NCBI GenBank assembly: GCA_051889215.1
Contig: JBJFDC010000006.1
Span: 5,669-69,668, forward strand
Source: Christensenellales bacterium
GTDB lineage: Bacteria; Bacillota; Clostridia; Christensenellales; UBA1242
Direction: 5' to 3'
DNA: 64,000 nt
The position numbers and the translations under genes were made by a program. Each line of letters starts with the position of its first letter. Positions within the stretch are counted from its first letter, which is position 1. This document shows, piece after piece, positions 25,549 through 35,734 of the stretch. Below the pieces are notes generated by a model. It saw only the letters and a program-made list of their open reading frames with translations, did no database searches and had not been told where the DNA came from.

Positions 25549-26526
25549 ATGTCATTTTCTCATTCATGCAAACTTGAAGTGTTGAAATCGCCACTGGAGA
25601 ACGATTGTTGTTCTCTGGCGTTTTTGTGTGGGCTTTTGCATGCTTGTGGGGAGATAAGCATATCTGACAAGCATTATGTTGCGACAATAAACACAGACAT
25701 CGTTGAGGTCTATGATTTTTGCAACAAAATTTTGCAAACGCTTTATGGAGACTATTGCACTCTTGAAATAACCGATGACTATGCGATAAACAAGCGCGTG
25801 TATTATGAAATCTCTTTTCCAAAAGACAAGTCTGAAGAAATTTTGCTTGATTGCGGAGTCTTGGAGCGGGGCGAGGACGGGAGTCCGGTTGTCGCTGTGA
25901 ACATTCCGGATTTTGTCACACAAGGGGATTGCTGCAAAAAAGCTTTTGTCAAAGGTGCATTTGTTGGGTGTGCGACATCAAACATCAAACTTTCTGTTGA
26001 GGCGACAAAAAAGACTTCGAGCGGTTATCATTTGGAATTTACATCTCACAGCATTGATTTTTTGAACAACATCGACAAACTTCTGCGAACCTATGACCTC
26101 AATCCAAAAATTTCCGAGAGAAAAAGCATATATGTTTTGTATCTCAAAGAAGCAAACCAAATCAGCGATGTTTTGGCTTTGGTCGATGCGTATGACGGTG
26201 TTTTGGCGCTCCAAAACGAGATTATCACTCGTGAAATGCGCAACAAAATTAATCGCGAAACAAACTGCATTTCATCAAACATTGCAAAAACTGTTGAGGC
26301 GAGTTTGCGTCAACTTGAAGCAATAAAATACATTCAAGAAACAGTCGGACTTGAAACGCTTTCCCAAGACCTTGAGGAAGTCGCACTTTTGAGACTTGCA
26401 AACCAAGAAGAGTCTCTTGAAGACTTGCTCAAACTCAGCACAATAAAACTCACCAAAAGTGGTCTTAATCATCGATTTAGAAAAATCATTAGCATTGCAG
26501 AAAAATTAAAAAACACCAAACACTGA
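25549..26526 (+). CDS. whiA: DNA-binding sporulation/cell-division regulator WhiA
   Basis: MSFSHSCKLEV...CC.LAFL.G....G, LAGLIDADG-like domains and a C-terminal HTH. Confidence 0.9.
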   Translation: MSFSHSCKLEVLKSPLENDCCSLAFLCGLLHACGEISISDKHYVATINTDIVEVYDFCNKILQTLYGDYCTLEITDDYAINKRVYYEISFPKDKSEEILLDCGVLERGEDGSPVVAVNIPDFVTQGDCCKKAFVKGAFVGCATSNIKLSVEATKKTSSGYHLEFTSHSIDFLNNIDKLLRTYDLNPKISERKSIYVLYLKEANQISDVLALVDAYDGVLALQNEIITREMRNKINRETNCISSNIAKTVEASLRQLEAIKYIQETVGLETLSQDLEEVALLRLANQEESLEDLLKLSTIKLTKSGLNHRFRKIISIAEKLKNTKH

Positions 26527-26540
26527 CGAGGAATTTTGAT

Positions 26541-29500
26541 ATGGAAGATTTTGTTCATTTGCATCTACACACTGAATATAGTTTGCTTGACGGGGCGGCA
26601 AGAATTGGCAAGGTCGTCAAAACTGCCAAAGACATGGGAATGAGGGCAATCGCCATCACTGACCACGGCAATATGTATGGCACCATCGCACTTTTTGATG
26701 AATGCAACAAAGTTGGCGACATAAAGCCAATTTTTGGCTGCGAGTTTTATGTTGCAGATGACCTTCATCAAAAATCTGGAAAGCCAAAACTTCGTCACCT
26801 CATTTTGCTTGTCAAAAACGAAGAAGGATATAAAAACATTTGTATGCTAAACACCATTGCTTTTCGCGATGGCTATTATTACAAACCAAGAATCGACTAC
26901 AAAACTCTCAACCAATATCGCAAAGGATTGATTTGTCTTTCGGCATGTCTTGCGGGGACTTTGCCACAACTTCTTCTTTCGGGGCAAATGGAAGAGGCGG
27001 ACAAGTTTGTTGAAAACATGAAAGAGATGTTTGGAGAGGATTTTTATGTTGAAGTTCAAGACCATGGACTTGAAGACGAAAAAAGGGTCTATCCAATGCT
27101 CGTGGACATCGCTCGTCGCCATGGCGTCAAAACTGTTGCGACAAACGACGTGCACTACATCAACAAAGAGGACAGTGTTGTTCAAGATGTTTTGATGTGC
27201 GTTCAAATGCAAAAAACAGTTGATGACCCAGACCGTCTCAAGTTTGAAACCGACGAATTCTATCTCAAATCTGGCGACCAAATGGCAGCACTTTTTCCAG
27301 ATAATCCCGAGGCAATCAAAAACACACTTGAAATTGCCGACAAATGCAATTTTACATTCAAAGATATTGACAAAAACATCTATCTTTTCCCTCAATATCA
27401 TGCACCAGACGGACAAGACAACTATGAGTTTATGCGTAAAATGGTGTTTGACGGACTTGCAAAAAAATATCCAGAAGTGACGCAACCAATCATTGACCGA
27501 GCAGAGCGCGAACTCGCACTCATCAAACGTCAAGGTTTTGTTGAATACTTTTTGACTGTTTGGGATTACATTAATGCAGCACGAAACATGGGTGTGCCAG
27601 TTGGGCCTGGTCGAGGCAGCGGCGCGGGAAGCATTGTCGCATACGCGATTGGAATCACAAACATTGACCCACTCAAATTTGATTTGCTATTTGAGCGATT
27701 TTTGCATGAAGAACGTGTGACTGCACCCGACTTTGACGTTGATTTTGCCGATGACAGACGTGGAGATGTCATTGAATATGTCCGCCAAAAATATGGCGAA
27801 AAACGCGTCGTCAAAATTGTCACATTTGGCACAATGGCTGCAAAAAACGCAATAAAAGATGTCGGACGTGTTTTGCGTGTGCCATATTCTGAACTCGACA
27901 AGGTGACAAAAAACATTCCAAACATTCCTGCAAAACATCACGATGTCATCAAAAAATGCTTTGGATTTTACAAGAGCGAGCAAGGCGAACCAAACTACGC
28001 CATTCCTGAACTTGTCGAAACATATAACTCAAATCCAGACATCAAAAAAGTTGTTGACATTGCCATGAAACTCGAAGGAATGCCCAGACAATGCTCGACA
28101 CATGCTTGCGGAGTTGTTATTGGAAGTGACGACCTTGAAAAATTTATGCCGCTCAGTCGAAATGGCGACGACATCACAACACAATATTCCATGACCGATA
28201 TTGAGCGTCTTGGACACCTCAAAATGGACTTTTTGGGGTTGAGGAACTTGAATGATATTCAAAAGGCGATTGAATATATCAAACAAAATCATGGAGTTGA
28301 TGTTGACTTTATGAAACTGGGTTATGATGACCCAGAAGTCTACAAACTCATTTCAAGCGGAAACACAAAAGCAATTTTCCAAATTGAAAGTGCGGGTTTT
28401 CAAAAGTTTTTGAAGCAACTTCGCCCAACTTGCATTGAAGATATCACTGCGGGTGTGTCGCTCTATCGTCCGGGGCCAATGGATTCAATTCCGACTTACA
28501 CTCACAACAAACATCATCCAGAAGATGTCAAATATGACCACCCAATTCTTGAGAATATCCTCAATGTCACATATGGTTGCATTGTTTATCAGGAACAAGT
28601 TATGAGAATTTGCCAAGATATGGCTGGCTACACTCTTGGACAAGCCGACATGGTTCGACGTATGATGGGAAAGAAAAAGGTTGATGCCATGAAGGCAGAA
28701 AAGCAAGTTTTCCTCTATGGAAAGCCCGCTCAAAATGGCAAGCCGGCCATTGATGGTGCGGTCAAACGCGGTGTTCCAGAAGATGTTGCAATCAAGGTTT
28801 GGGACCAAATGGAAAAGTTTGCCCAATATGCTTTCAACAAGTCGCATGCTGCGGCATATAGTTTGATAACCTATCAAACCGCATATCTCAAATGCTATTA
28901 TGAACCAGAATTCTTGACGGCGGTTCTCAACAACAGAATAACAAATATCGACGAAATCAAAAACTATGTCACATATGCCAGAAGCGAGGGCATTGAAATT
29001 TTGCCACCAGACATAAACAAGAGCATGACAGGTTTTTCTGTTCGTGACGGAAAGATTAGATTTGGACTTGCTGCCCTCAAAAATGTTGGACTTGGCGTTA
29101 TTGATTCAATCATTGATGAGCGCAATCGTGGCGGAGAATTCAAAGACTTTATGGATTTTGCAAAACGAGTTGACCCACAAGCACTCAACAAACGTTGTCT
29201 TGAAAGTTTGATTTTGAGTGGTGCGTTTGATTGCTTTGGCAAATTCCGTTCTCAACTGATGCAGGTTTATGACATGGTTGTTGACCGTGTTGCAAAAGAC
29301 AAGAAGAACCGCGAGACTGGACAATTTTCTTTATTTGATGACCCAACTCTTGTGAGTGCAGTTGAATTTGACGAAATTCAATATCCAAGGATAAAAGAAT
29401 ATAACAAAGAAGCTTTTTTGAAATTTGAAAAAGAAGTCGTTGGCATTTATATTTCTGGCAGTCCGCTTGACGACTATATTGATGAGTATAAAAACTTTAA

Positions 29501-30125
29501 TTTCACATCGGACATGATTGCAAATCTTGAATCTGAAGATGATGGCGAAACGGTTGATGAAGACAATCAAATTGAGGGCGAAGATAAATTCCAAGACAAC
29601 GGGATTGTCGACAACATGCATGTGACCTGCGGCGGACTTGTTTCATCAATAAAAAAAGTCGTCACAAAAATGACCAACAAAGAAATGGGAATTCTGACAA
29701 TTGAAGATCTCTATGGTTCATTTGATTGCATGTTATTTGCAAACAACTATGCAAAATATAAACATAGTCTCAAAGAAGACCAATTCATCAAAATTGACGG
29801 GAAACTTTCTCTTCGTGAAGGGCAGAATCCAGTCATCATCGCAGAGAAAATCAGTTTTGCGACAAATGCTCCAGTGACGACTGATATTGTTGAAGAACAG
29901 CCAAAAGAGCAAAAATTATATTTAAAATTCAATGTGAATGACAAAAATGTTTATAACAAGGTCGAAGGAATTTTGTCATCATATCCGGGAACCAGTCAAA
30001 TTGTCGTCAAAGATGAGCCGTCGGGTTCGGTGTTTATGCTGAAAAATCGAAATGTCAAAATTAATGACGGACTTGTTAATGAACTTATTGGTGAACTTGG
30101 CGAAAAAAATGTTGTTGTGAGGTGA
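26541..30125 (+). CDS. dnaE: DNA polymerase III alpha subunit (DnaE type)
   Basis: 1194 aa. PHP N-terminus FVHLHLHTEYSLLDGA, polymerase core and a C-terminal OB fold. Confidence 0.95.
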   Translation: MEDFVHLHLHTEYSLLDGAARIGKVVKTAKDMGMRAIAITDHGNMYGTIALFDECNKVGDIKPIFGCEFYVADDLHQKSGKPKLRHLILLVKNEEGYKNICMLNTIAFRDGYYYKPRIDYKTLNQYRKGLICLSACLAGTLPQLLLSGQMEEADKFVENMKEMFGEDFYVEVQDHGLEDEKRVYPMLVDIARRHGVKTVATNDVHYINKEDSVVQDVLMCVQMQKTVDDPDRLKFETDEFYLKSGDQMAALFPDNPEAIKNTLEIADKCNFTFKDIDKNIYLFPQYHAPDGQDNYEFMRKMVFDGLAKKYPEVTQPIIDRAERELALIKRQGFVEYFLTVWDYINAARNMGVPVGPGRGSGAGSIVAYAIGITNIDPLKFDLLFERFLHEERVTAPDFDVDFADDRRGDVIEYVRQKYGEKRVVKIVTFGTMAAKNAIKDVGRVLRVPYSELDKVTKNIPNIPAKHHDVIKKCFGFYKSEQGEPNYAIPELVETYNSNPDIKKVVDIAMKLEGMPRQCSTHACGVVIGSDDLEKFMPLSRNGDDITTQYSMTDIERLGHLKMDFLGLRNLNDIQKAIEYIKQNHGVDVDFMKLGYDDPEVYKLISSGNTKAIFQIESAGFQKFLKQLRPTCIEDITAGVSLYRPGPMDSIPTYTHNKHHPEDVKYDHPILENILNVTYGCIVYQEQVMRICQDMAGYTLGQADMVRRMMGKKKVDAMKAEKQVFLYGKPAQNGKPAIDGAVKRGVPEDVAIKVWDQMEKFAQYAFNKSHAAAYSLITYQTAYLKCYYEPEFLTAVLNNRITNIDEIKNYVTYARSEGIEILPPDINKSMTGFSVRDGKIRFGLAALKNVGLGVIDSIIDERNRGGEFKDFMDFAKRVDPQALNKRCLESLILSGAFDCFGKFRSQLMQVYDMVVDRVAKDKKNRETGQFSLFDDPTLVSAVEFDEIQYPRIKEYNKEAFLKFEKEVVGIYISGSPLDDYIDEYKNFNFTSDMIANLESEDDGETVDEDNQIEGEDKFQDNGIVDNMHVTCGGLVSSIKKVVTKMTNKEMGILTIEDLYGSFDCMLFANNYAKYKHSLKEDQFIKIDGKLSLREGQNPVIIAEKISFATNAPVTTDIVEEQPKEQKLYLKFNVNDKNVYNKVEGILSSYPGTSQIVVKDEPSGSVFMLKNRNVKINDGLVNELIGELGEKNVVVR

Positions 30126-30127
30126 GT

Positions 30128-31072
30128 ATGAAAATTGGGATTTTGACAAGTGGCGGAGACGCCCCAGGAATGAACACGTGTGTGGCACGACTTGTGACAT
30201 CTCTTTGCAGAAAAGGGCATAAGGTTGTCGGAATTATGTTTGGTTATAAAGGGCTTTTGGAAGAGAACTTTATTCCACTCACGCAAGAGAGCGTGCAAAA
30301 CATCAGTTATTTGGGCGGCAGTTTCCTAAAAAGTTATCGCTGTCCCGAGTTTAAGTCCGAAGCGGGCGTAAAAAAAGCGGTCAAAGTTTTTAAAAAACAT
30401 AAATTTGATGCAGTCGTTGCCATTGGAGGAGATGGAACGCTCAAGGGCGTGAAAGAACTCAATGATGCCGGAGTCAATGTGACATTCATTCCTGCAACCA
30501 TTGACAATGATGTCATGATTTCAGAAAAAAGTTTGGGCTTTGACACCGCGATAAACAATGCAGTCTCGGCGATTGATATGATTGAGCAAACCATGGCAAC
30601 GATGGACAGAGGAATGGTTGTTGAAACAATGGGAAGAGATTGTTCGGACATTGCTGTTGCCTGCGGTCTTGCAGTGGGTGCAACAATGATTTTGACACCT
30701 GAAAGTGATTTAAATTTTGAACATATTTTGCAAAAACTCAACAAAAAACTCAATGCGGGCGACAAAACTCCGATAATTATTGTTCAAGAACACGTGCTTG
30801 AAATTGAAAAATTGGCCAAATATTTGGAGGAAAACACAAATATTGAGTTTAGGTCAATAAATCTTGGCTACATTCAAAGAGGTGGAGCGCCAACTGTTGC
30901 TGACAGAATTTTGGCGATAAAATTTGCAAAATGTGTGGTGGATAGTCTTGAGCGCGGTGAGAAAAACCGCTGTGCAAGCATTTTGAACGATGAGGCATGC
31001 GTCTTATCAATGAAAGTCATAACAAAAAATGCTCATAAATCTAGTCAATATCTCGTTGACTTTATTGATTGA
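30128..31072 (+). CDS. pfkA: ATP-dependent 6-phosphofructokinase
   Basis: IGILTSGGDAPGMN, GGDGT and TIDND motifs. The ATG follows GAGGTGA. An alternative GTG start lies at 30122. Confidence 0.92.
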   Translation: MKIGILTSGGDAPGMNTCVARLVTSLCRKGHKVVGIMFGYKGLLEENFIPLTQESVQNISYLGGSFLKSYRCPEFKSEAGVKKAVKVFKKHKFDAVVAIGGDGTLKGVKELNDAGVNVTFIPATIDNDVMISEKSLGFDTAINNAVSAIDMIEQTMATMDRGMVVETMGRDCSDIAVACGLAVGATMILTPESDLNFEHILQKLNKKLNAGDKTPIIIVQEHVLEIEKLAKYLEENTNIEFRSINLGYIQRGGAPTVADRILAIKFAKCVVDSLERGEKNRCASILNDEACVLSMKVITKNAHKSSQYLVDFID

Positions 31073-31120
31073 ATATGATATTGTAAAAAATGACCATATT
31101 TTTAAAAAAAGAGATGTGAG

Positions 31121-32269
31121 ATGAAAACAGATTTAAATATTGACGAACTTGGCGTCTATGAATTGAGAGAACTTGCAAGAAAATTGGGCGTAAAAAGTCC
31201 AACAACAAAAAAAATTGGGCAACTAAAAGAAGAAATCAAATTGATTCAAAGTGGACAAATGAAGGGGGTCAACACAAACAAAATTGGCAGACCACCAAAG
31301 TCTTTGACGCGTCAAGCGGGCGACATTTCTGCATTTTTTATTCCTCATGACATTTCTGCTTTGATTCACGAAGAATCAAAAGATTTGAGCGAGGAAGAAT
31401 TGAATTTGAAAAAGCTTATTTTCAAAACCAACGTTCAATCATTTGACGAAGAAGATTTTGCAAACGGATATTTGAGAAAAACCGATGCAAATCATTTCTA
31501 TTTTTGGTCTCAAAGCAGAAATTGTTTCAAAAAAGATTTATTGGTTTATGTGACCGATGCTTTTGCAGATGAATATGCGCTCAGAGTTGGCGATTTTGTT
31601 CAAACAAAAATTGAAAAATACGAAGAAAATAACTATGCCATTGCAAACAAAATTATTCGCGTTAATGGCGAGCAATATGAGGCGGGCAAGAGAATTGAAC
31701 CGGTTGACTTGGGAAAATTGAGTCTGCCAAATGTGGCAATGGACATTATGTTTGGAGAACAAATGAACAAGGGTGGCCGTGCGATTGCTGTGTTTGATGA
31801 CAGGGCACATATGTCAACCATAATTGACTATGCAAAAACACAAGCTGAAAAAGGTTTTCGCGTTGTTGTTTGTGGGTGTGAAACACCTCCAGAATTATTT
31901 TCTTGTGTGACAAATCCAAACATTGAACTTTTTATATCGAGATTTGGAGACGGACTAAAAGGTTCTTACAACACAATTATCAATGCACTAAATCACGCAC
32001 AATCACTTGCTTGCGACCATAAAGATGTTGTCGTAATCATGTATGACACAATGGGATTGCTTGAAACAATGAAAATGTATTTTGAATCCATTGGTCAACA
32101 TCAAGTGAACGGGACACAACTGACAAAGTCGATATTTGGAATGGGTGGCAACTTTGAAGGACTTGCATCAATTTCAACCATTGCTTGCATGTTGAAAAAC
32201 GAATATCATGAAGATTTTGTCAAAAAAGAGCTGGAGAGAGTTGCTTCTTGTGTTGTTGGCAACTATTAA
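31121..32269 (+). CDS. Rho-like protein with a degenerate ATPase domain
   Basis: Rho_N-like YELRELARKLGV and a CSD-like NGYLRK...LRVGDFV. The RecA-like region is alignable to Rho, but the P-loop APPKAGKT is replaced by FDDRAHMS and LLIDE by VCGCE. Confidence 0.6.
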   Translation: MKTDLNIDELGVYELRELARKLGVKSPTTKKIGQLKEEIKLIQSGQMKGVNTNKIGRPPKSLTRQAGDISAFFIPHDISALIHEESKDLSEEELNLKKLIFKTNVQSFDEEDFANGYLRKTDANHFYFWSQSRNCFKKDLLVYVTDAFADEYALRVGDFVQTKIEKYEENNYAIANKIIRVNGEQYEAGKRIEPVDLGKLSLPNVAMDIMFGEQMNKGGRAIAVFDDRAHMSTIIDYAKTQAEKGFRVVVCGCETPPELFSCVTNPNIELFISRFGDGLKGSYNTIINALNHAQSLACDHKDVVVIMYDTMGLLETMKMYFESIGQHQVNGTQLTKSIFGMGGNFEGLASISTIACMLKNEYHEDFVKKELERVASCVVGNY

Positions 32270-32362
32270 TTAATTGTTTTAATTAATTGACTTATTATTT
32301 ATTTATACTTAAAATAATGTTTATGATTTTTGAGTAAGTTCATACTTACAAATGGAGAGAAA

Positions 32363-33682
32363 ATGAAAAAGTTTATACCCGTTTTGGTCATGATGCTTTT
32401 TGCAACAATCGCGTTGTTTGCAGGTTGTTCTTCATCAACGCCAACACCAAATCAAAACGACCCAGTTTATGGCAATGGAGGACTTTCGGTCATCAAAGGT
32501 GATTATATCTATTATGTTAATGGATATGAAAGCAACGAAACAACAAAACAAACGCATGCAAACAAAGAGGGACAAGTTGAAGTTTCTTCAATTTATGTTG
32601 CAAAACTTCAAAATGGTGTTTTGACAGATAAAAAACAACTCGTTTCAAAAGTTGGCGGATTTGAATATTCCGACCTATATATTTTTGGAGATAGATTATA
32701 CTTTTTGTCGCCAAACACAAAAAAAGATGACACTGGTGAAATCAGGAGCGACATCATCACTCTTTGTTCAATCAAGTTTGATGGTTCAAAACTAACAGAA
32801 ATATTCACACCTGAACAATACTCTTCCGGGGCATTCTCAATGAAAGAAGTTGACGGCAAAATTTATGCTTTTGTTTATGATGGCTCAAAACTTTCTCAAA
32901 TTGAAATAAGCAACAAAAACAAAGTGACTGTTGTTGCAGAAGGTGTGACGAGTTTTGCAACATCACGAGACAAAACCTGCTATTCTGAAAATGCACAAAA
33001 AACACTCGACTCTTCGCTTGACGGATTTTTGTTTTACTCGCGTTCAAGAAATGAACAAGAAGGAAAGAATGAGGGCATTGGCGGAAACATTTTGGAAAAA
33101 TATGATATTGTTTCAGGTCAAAAAACAATCATTTCTTCAAATATAAACACAACAACTCAAGTCACAAATGTTGAGGGTGGAAGACTTTTCTACAAAAAAG
33201 GGGATTGTTATTATTCTTCAGACAGCAGTTTTTCAAGCGAACTTCGACATTCTTATGTTGCTGTTGACTCATTTATTCCACTTGGAAAAGGTGAAAGTGG
33301 CGAAGAACTTGGAGTCGTTGTGAAATACAATTCAAAATTCTATCTGCAAAAACTCACCGATTCGGTTATCCCAGCCGATGCTTTGAGTGACAAAGATTTG
33401 ACCATTATCTCACAAGACCAAGATGTGCTCATTGCAAAAGATGCAAATTCAAATATTTTGGCGATTTCAACAAAAGACAAGTCGGCAACCACAATATTCG
33501 AAAACACAGACGAACAAACTCTTGGCGACAAGTTTGATTATGATGGAAGATATTTGATAATGCTGGGAAGCGTAAAAGAATATAAATCAAATTATTCATT
33601 TTTGATTGACACATATGGGTCTGTTGGCGGGCAAACAGGTGCAACTCAAATTGGAACATTGATTGATTCAGACAAAGAATAG
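32363..33682 (+). CDS. lipoprotein with beta-propeller-like repeats (DUF5050-like)
   Basis: Signal peptide MKKFIPVLVMMLFATIALFAGC with a lipobox. YIYYVNG/LYF-type repeats recur along the protein. Confidence 0.5.
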   Translation: MKKFIPVLVMMLFATIALFAGCSSSTPTPNQNDPVYGNGGLSVIKGDYIYYVNGYESNETTKQTHANKEGQVEVSSIYVAKLQNGVLTDKKQLVSKVGGFEYSDLYIFGDRLYFLSPNTKKDDTGEIRSDIITLCSIKFDGSKLTEIFTPEQYSSGAFSMKEVDGKIYAFVYDGSKLSQIEISNKNKVTVVAEGVTSFATSRDKTCYSENAQKTLDSSLDGFLFYSRSRNEQEGKNEGIGGNILEKYDIVSGQKTIISSNINTTTQVTNVEGGRLFYKKGDCYYSSDSSFSSELRHSYVAVDSFIPLGKGESGEELGVVVKYNSKFYLQKLTDSVIPADALSDKDLTIISQDQDVLIAKDANSNILAISTKDKSATTIFENTDEQTLGDKFDYDGRYLIMLGSVKEYKSNYSFLIDTYGSVGGQTGATQIGTLIDSDKE

Positions 33683-33686
33683 AAAA

Positions 33687-33717
33687 CAAAACAACTCAAT
33701 AAAACGAGTTGTTTTTT
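33687..33717 (+). terminator. rho-independent terminator
   Basis: AAAACAACTC aataaaac GAGTTGTTTT followed by further T residues. Confidence 0.75.
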
Positions 33718-33787
33718 TATTTGTGTTGTTTTTAAAATTCTTTTTTTTATTTTAAATTTTAATGTTTTATTTCAATTTATAAATATA

Positions 33788-33794
33788 TTCGACA
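33788..33794. promoter_or_regulatory. candidate Spo0A box upstream of spo0A
   Basis: TTCGACA, the reverse complement of the 0A-box consensus TGTCGAA, lies about 120 nt upstream of the spo0A start. A single 7-mer is weak evidence. Confidence 0.25.
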
Positions 33795-33912
33795 ATATTC
33801 TACACATATCACACAAATTTGGCAAAAGAGTAAAAAATAAAACAACCGATTTTATATTTTTTGGCACAAATTCGTGATATTCTTTCCTCGTAGAAAAAAC
33901 ATGGAGGAAAAA

Positions 33913-34680
33913 ATGGAAACAAAAAAACAAAAAGTAAAAATTTTGATTGCTGATGCGAGTGAGGAATCGAGGAATATGCTCGTGAATCATTTTTCAAAAT
34001 CTGACAGATTTGAAATTGTGGGTTCGTCAAGCGACGGCCAAGAAGTTCTGGACACAATTCTAAATAACAGTGTTGACGTTGTTGTGATGGACGTTGTCCT
34101 GACGGGGATTGACGGATTTGAAGTTTTGGAGGAGGCAAAAAAGCATGCCAACATCACATCAAAATTCATCATTGAATCAAACCTAACTCATGATGGATTT
34201 GTGACAAAAGCGACAATGCTGGGGGCGAACTATTTTATTGCCAAACCAATCAACTGCGCTGTCATTGAGAAAAGGGCTTTGGAACTTGTTGAGAACAAGA
34301 CACCACAAAGCAATGTAAACAAAATGGGCAGTCGCCAGCTTGAAGAAAAAATTTCCAACATCTTTATTACGGTTGGCATACCGGCTCACATAAAAGGTTA
34401 TCAGTTTTTGCGTGAGGCGATAAAACTCGCGATTGACAGTCCAGAAATCATAAATTCAATAACCAAAAAATTGTATCCGACCATTGCAGACAAATATTCA
34501 ACTTCTTCAAGCAAGGTTGAGCGCGCAATAAGACATGCGATTGAGGTTGCATGGAATCGGGGCAAGATTGAAAATATAAACTCAATTTTTGGTCTCAAAG
34601 TGTATAATTCCAACGAAAAACCAACCAACGGTGAGTTTATTGCTCTTGTCGCTGACAAAATGTTGATTGAAGGGGCATAA
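33913..34680 (+). CDS. spo0A: sporulation master regulator Spo0A
   Basis: Receiver domain (ILIAD...VVVMDVVLTGIDG...YFIAKP) plus the diagnostic Spo0A C-terminal domain (GIPAHIKGYQFLREAI...SKVERAIRHAIEVAW). GGAGG lies 5 nt before ATG 33913. Confidence 0.93.
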   Translation: METKKQKVKILIADASEESRNMLVNHFSKSDRFEIVGSSSDGQEVLDTILNNSVDVVVMDVVLTGIDGFEVLEEAKKHANITSKFIIESNLTHDGFVTKATMLGANYFIAKPINCAVIEKRALELVENKTPQSNVNKMGSRQLEEKISNIFITVGIPAHIKGYQFLREAIKLAIDSPEIINSITKKLYPTIADKYSTSSSKVERAIRHAIEVAWNRGKIENINSIFGLKVYNSNEKPTNGEFIALVADKMLIEGA

Positions 34681-34830
34681 ACACATTATTTTTGATGAAG
34701 TTTGAAAATATAAAAAACCTTTTTAAAAAAATTTTTATAACATATTAAAAATAGTTGCATATTATATTTAAAATTGATATTATCTCAACATAAAAACCAA
34801 TATAATAAAACATTTTTTAAAGAGGTGTTT

Positions 34831-35346
34831 ATGGCAGCAAAACCAGTATATGTCAGATGTCCAAGATGCGAACTCAACTACATCAAAAAAGGTGAAAAAC
34901 TTTGTTCGGTTTGCAAAAGCGAACTTGATGGAACAAGTGAACTTGACGAACTCGACCTCGAGTATTGCCCAGTTTGCAAAACAAACTATATTCAACCTGA
35001 CGAAATCATGTGTGCAACTTGCGCAAAAGAACGCTCTCTTGACTCAAATTTTCAAGGTGACGAATATGAGAATGACGAGTGGGACGAATATATCAATGCC
35101 AAAGACACAGACGGCTATGAAGAAGATGATGACGATGATCTCACTCAAGTTCATGATGCCGACGACGATGATGATTTGATGGGTTCGGACGATCTTCCTT
35201 TGGAACTTGAAGACGACTTTGATGAAGATTCTGACGAAGACGACGAAGAAGATGAAGACGAAGACGATGATGACTTGGAGTTTGACCCCGCAGACGATGA
35301 CGACCTTGACGAAGAAGATGAAGACGATGAAGATATCGATGACTAA
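34831..35346 (+). CDS. double zinc-ribbon protein with a ~100-aa polyacidic tail
   Basis: CPRC..17..CSVC and CPVC..14..CATC motifs, then a D/E-rich tail ending DEEDEDDEDIDD. RBS AGAGGTG. Confidence 0.6.
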   Translation: MAAKPVYVRCPRCELNYIKKGEKLCSVCKSELDGTSELDELDLEYCPVCKTNYIQPDEIMCATCAKERSLDSNFQGDEYENDEWDEYINAKDTDGYEEDDDDDLTQVHDADDDDDLMGSDDLPLELEDDFDEDSDEDDEEDEDEDDDDLEFDPADDDDLDEEDEDDEDIDD

Positions 35347-35418
35347 TTAATCCCGCAAAGGGATTTTTTAGTGTGTTTAAATCTCAACTTTTTTGGCAAA
35401 AATTGTTTGAGGTGAAAA

Positions 35419-35658
35419 ATGAAAAAAAATTTGTTATCGCTTTCAGAGGTGAAAGACCAAATCCTTGCACTAAAAGGCGAGAATGTGAAACTTACAATCA
35501 ATCGCGGAAGAAAAAGGATTGAAAAAATGGTGGCGACCATTGACTCTTGTTATCCAAGTGTATTCACAGTTAAAACAGATGAGACCCAAACAAACAGCAT
35601 ACAAACATTTTCATATTCAGATGTTTTGTGTGGCGATGTGAAAGTATCAACAAAATAA
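35419..35658 (+). CDS. veg: Veg (DUF1021) protein
   Basis: 79 aa. The LK..GE.V.LT.NRGRK and YPSVF motifs match B. subtilis Veg. Confidence 0.8.
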   Translation: MKKNLLSLSEVKDQILALKGENVKLTINRGRKRIEKMVATIDSCYPSVFTVKTDETQTNSIQTFSYSDVLCGDVKVSTK

Positions 35659-35734
35659 TTTTTAATTTTTGGTTCTAAAAACAAAAAATCCTCTATACAT
35701 TATTACAAAGTCAAATGTGTGGAGGGTTTTTATT

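Noticed and set aside
26847-27533. 228-aa minus-strand ORF inside dnaE
   Set aside because: It is antisense to a strongly supported dnaE coding region. This is a typical shadow ORF.
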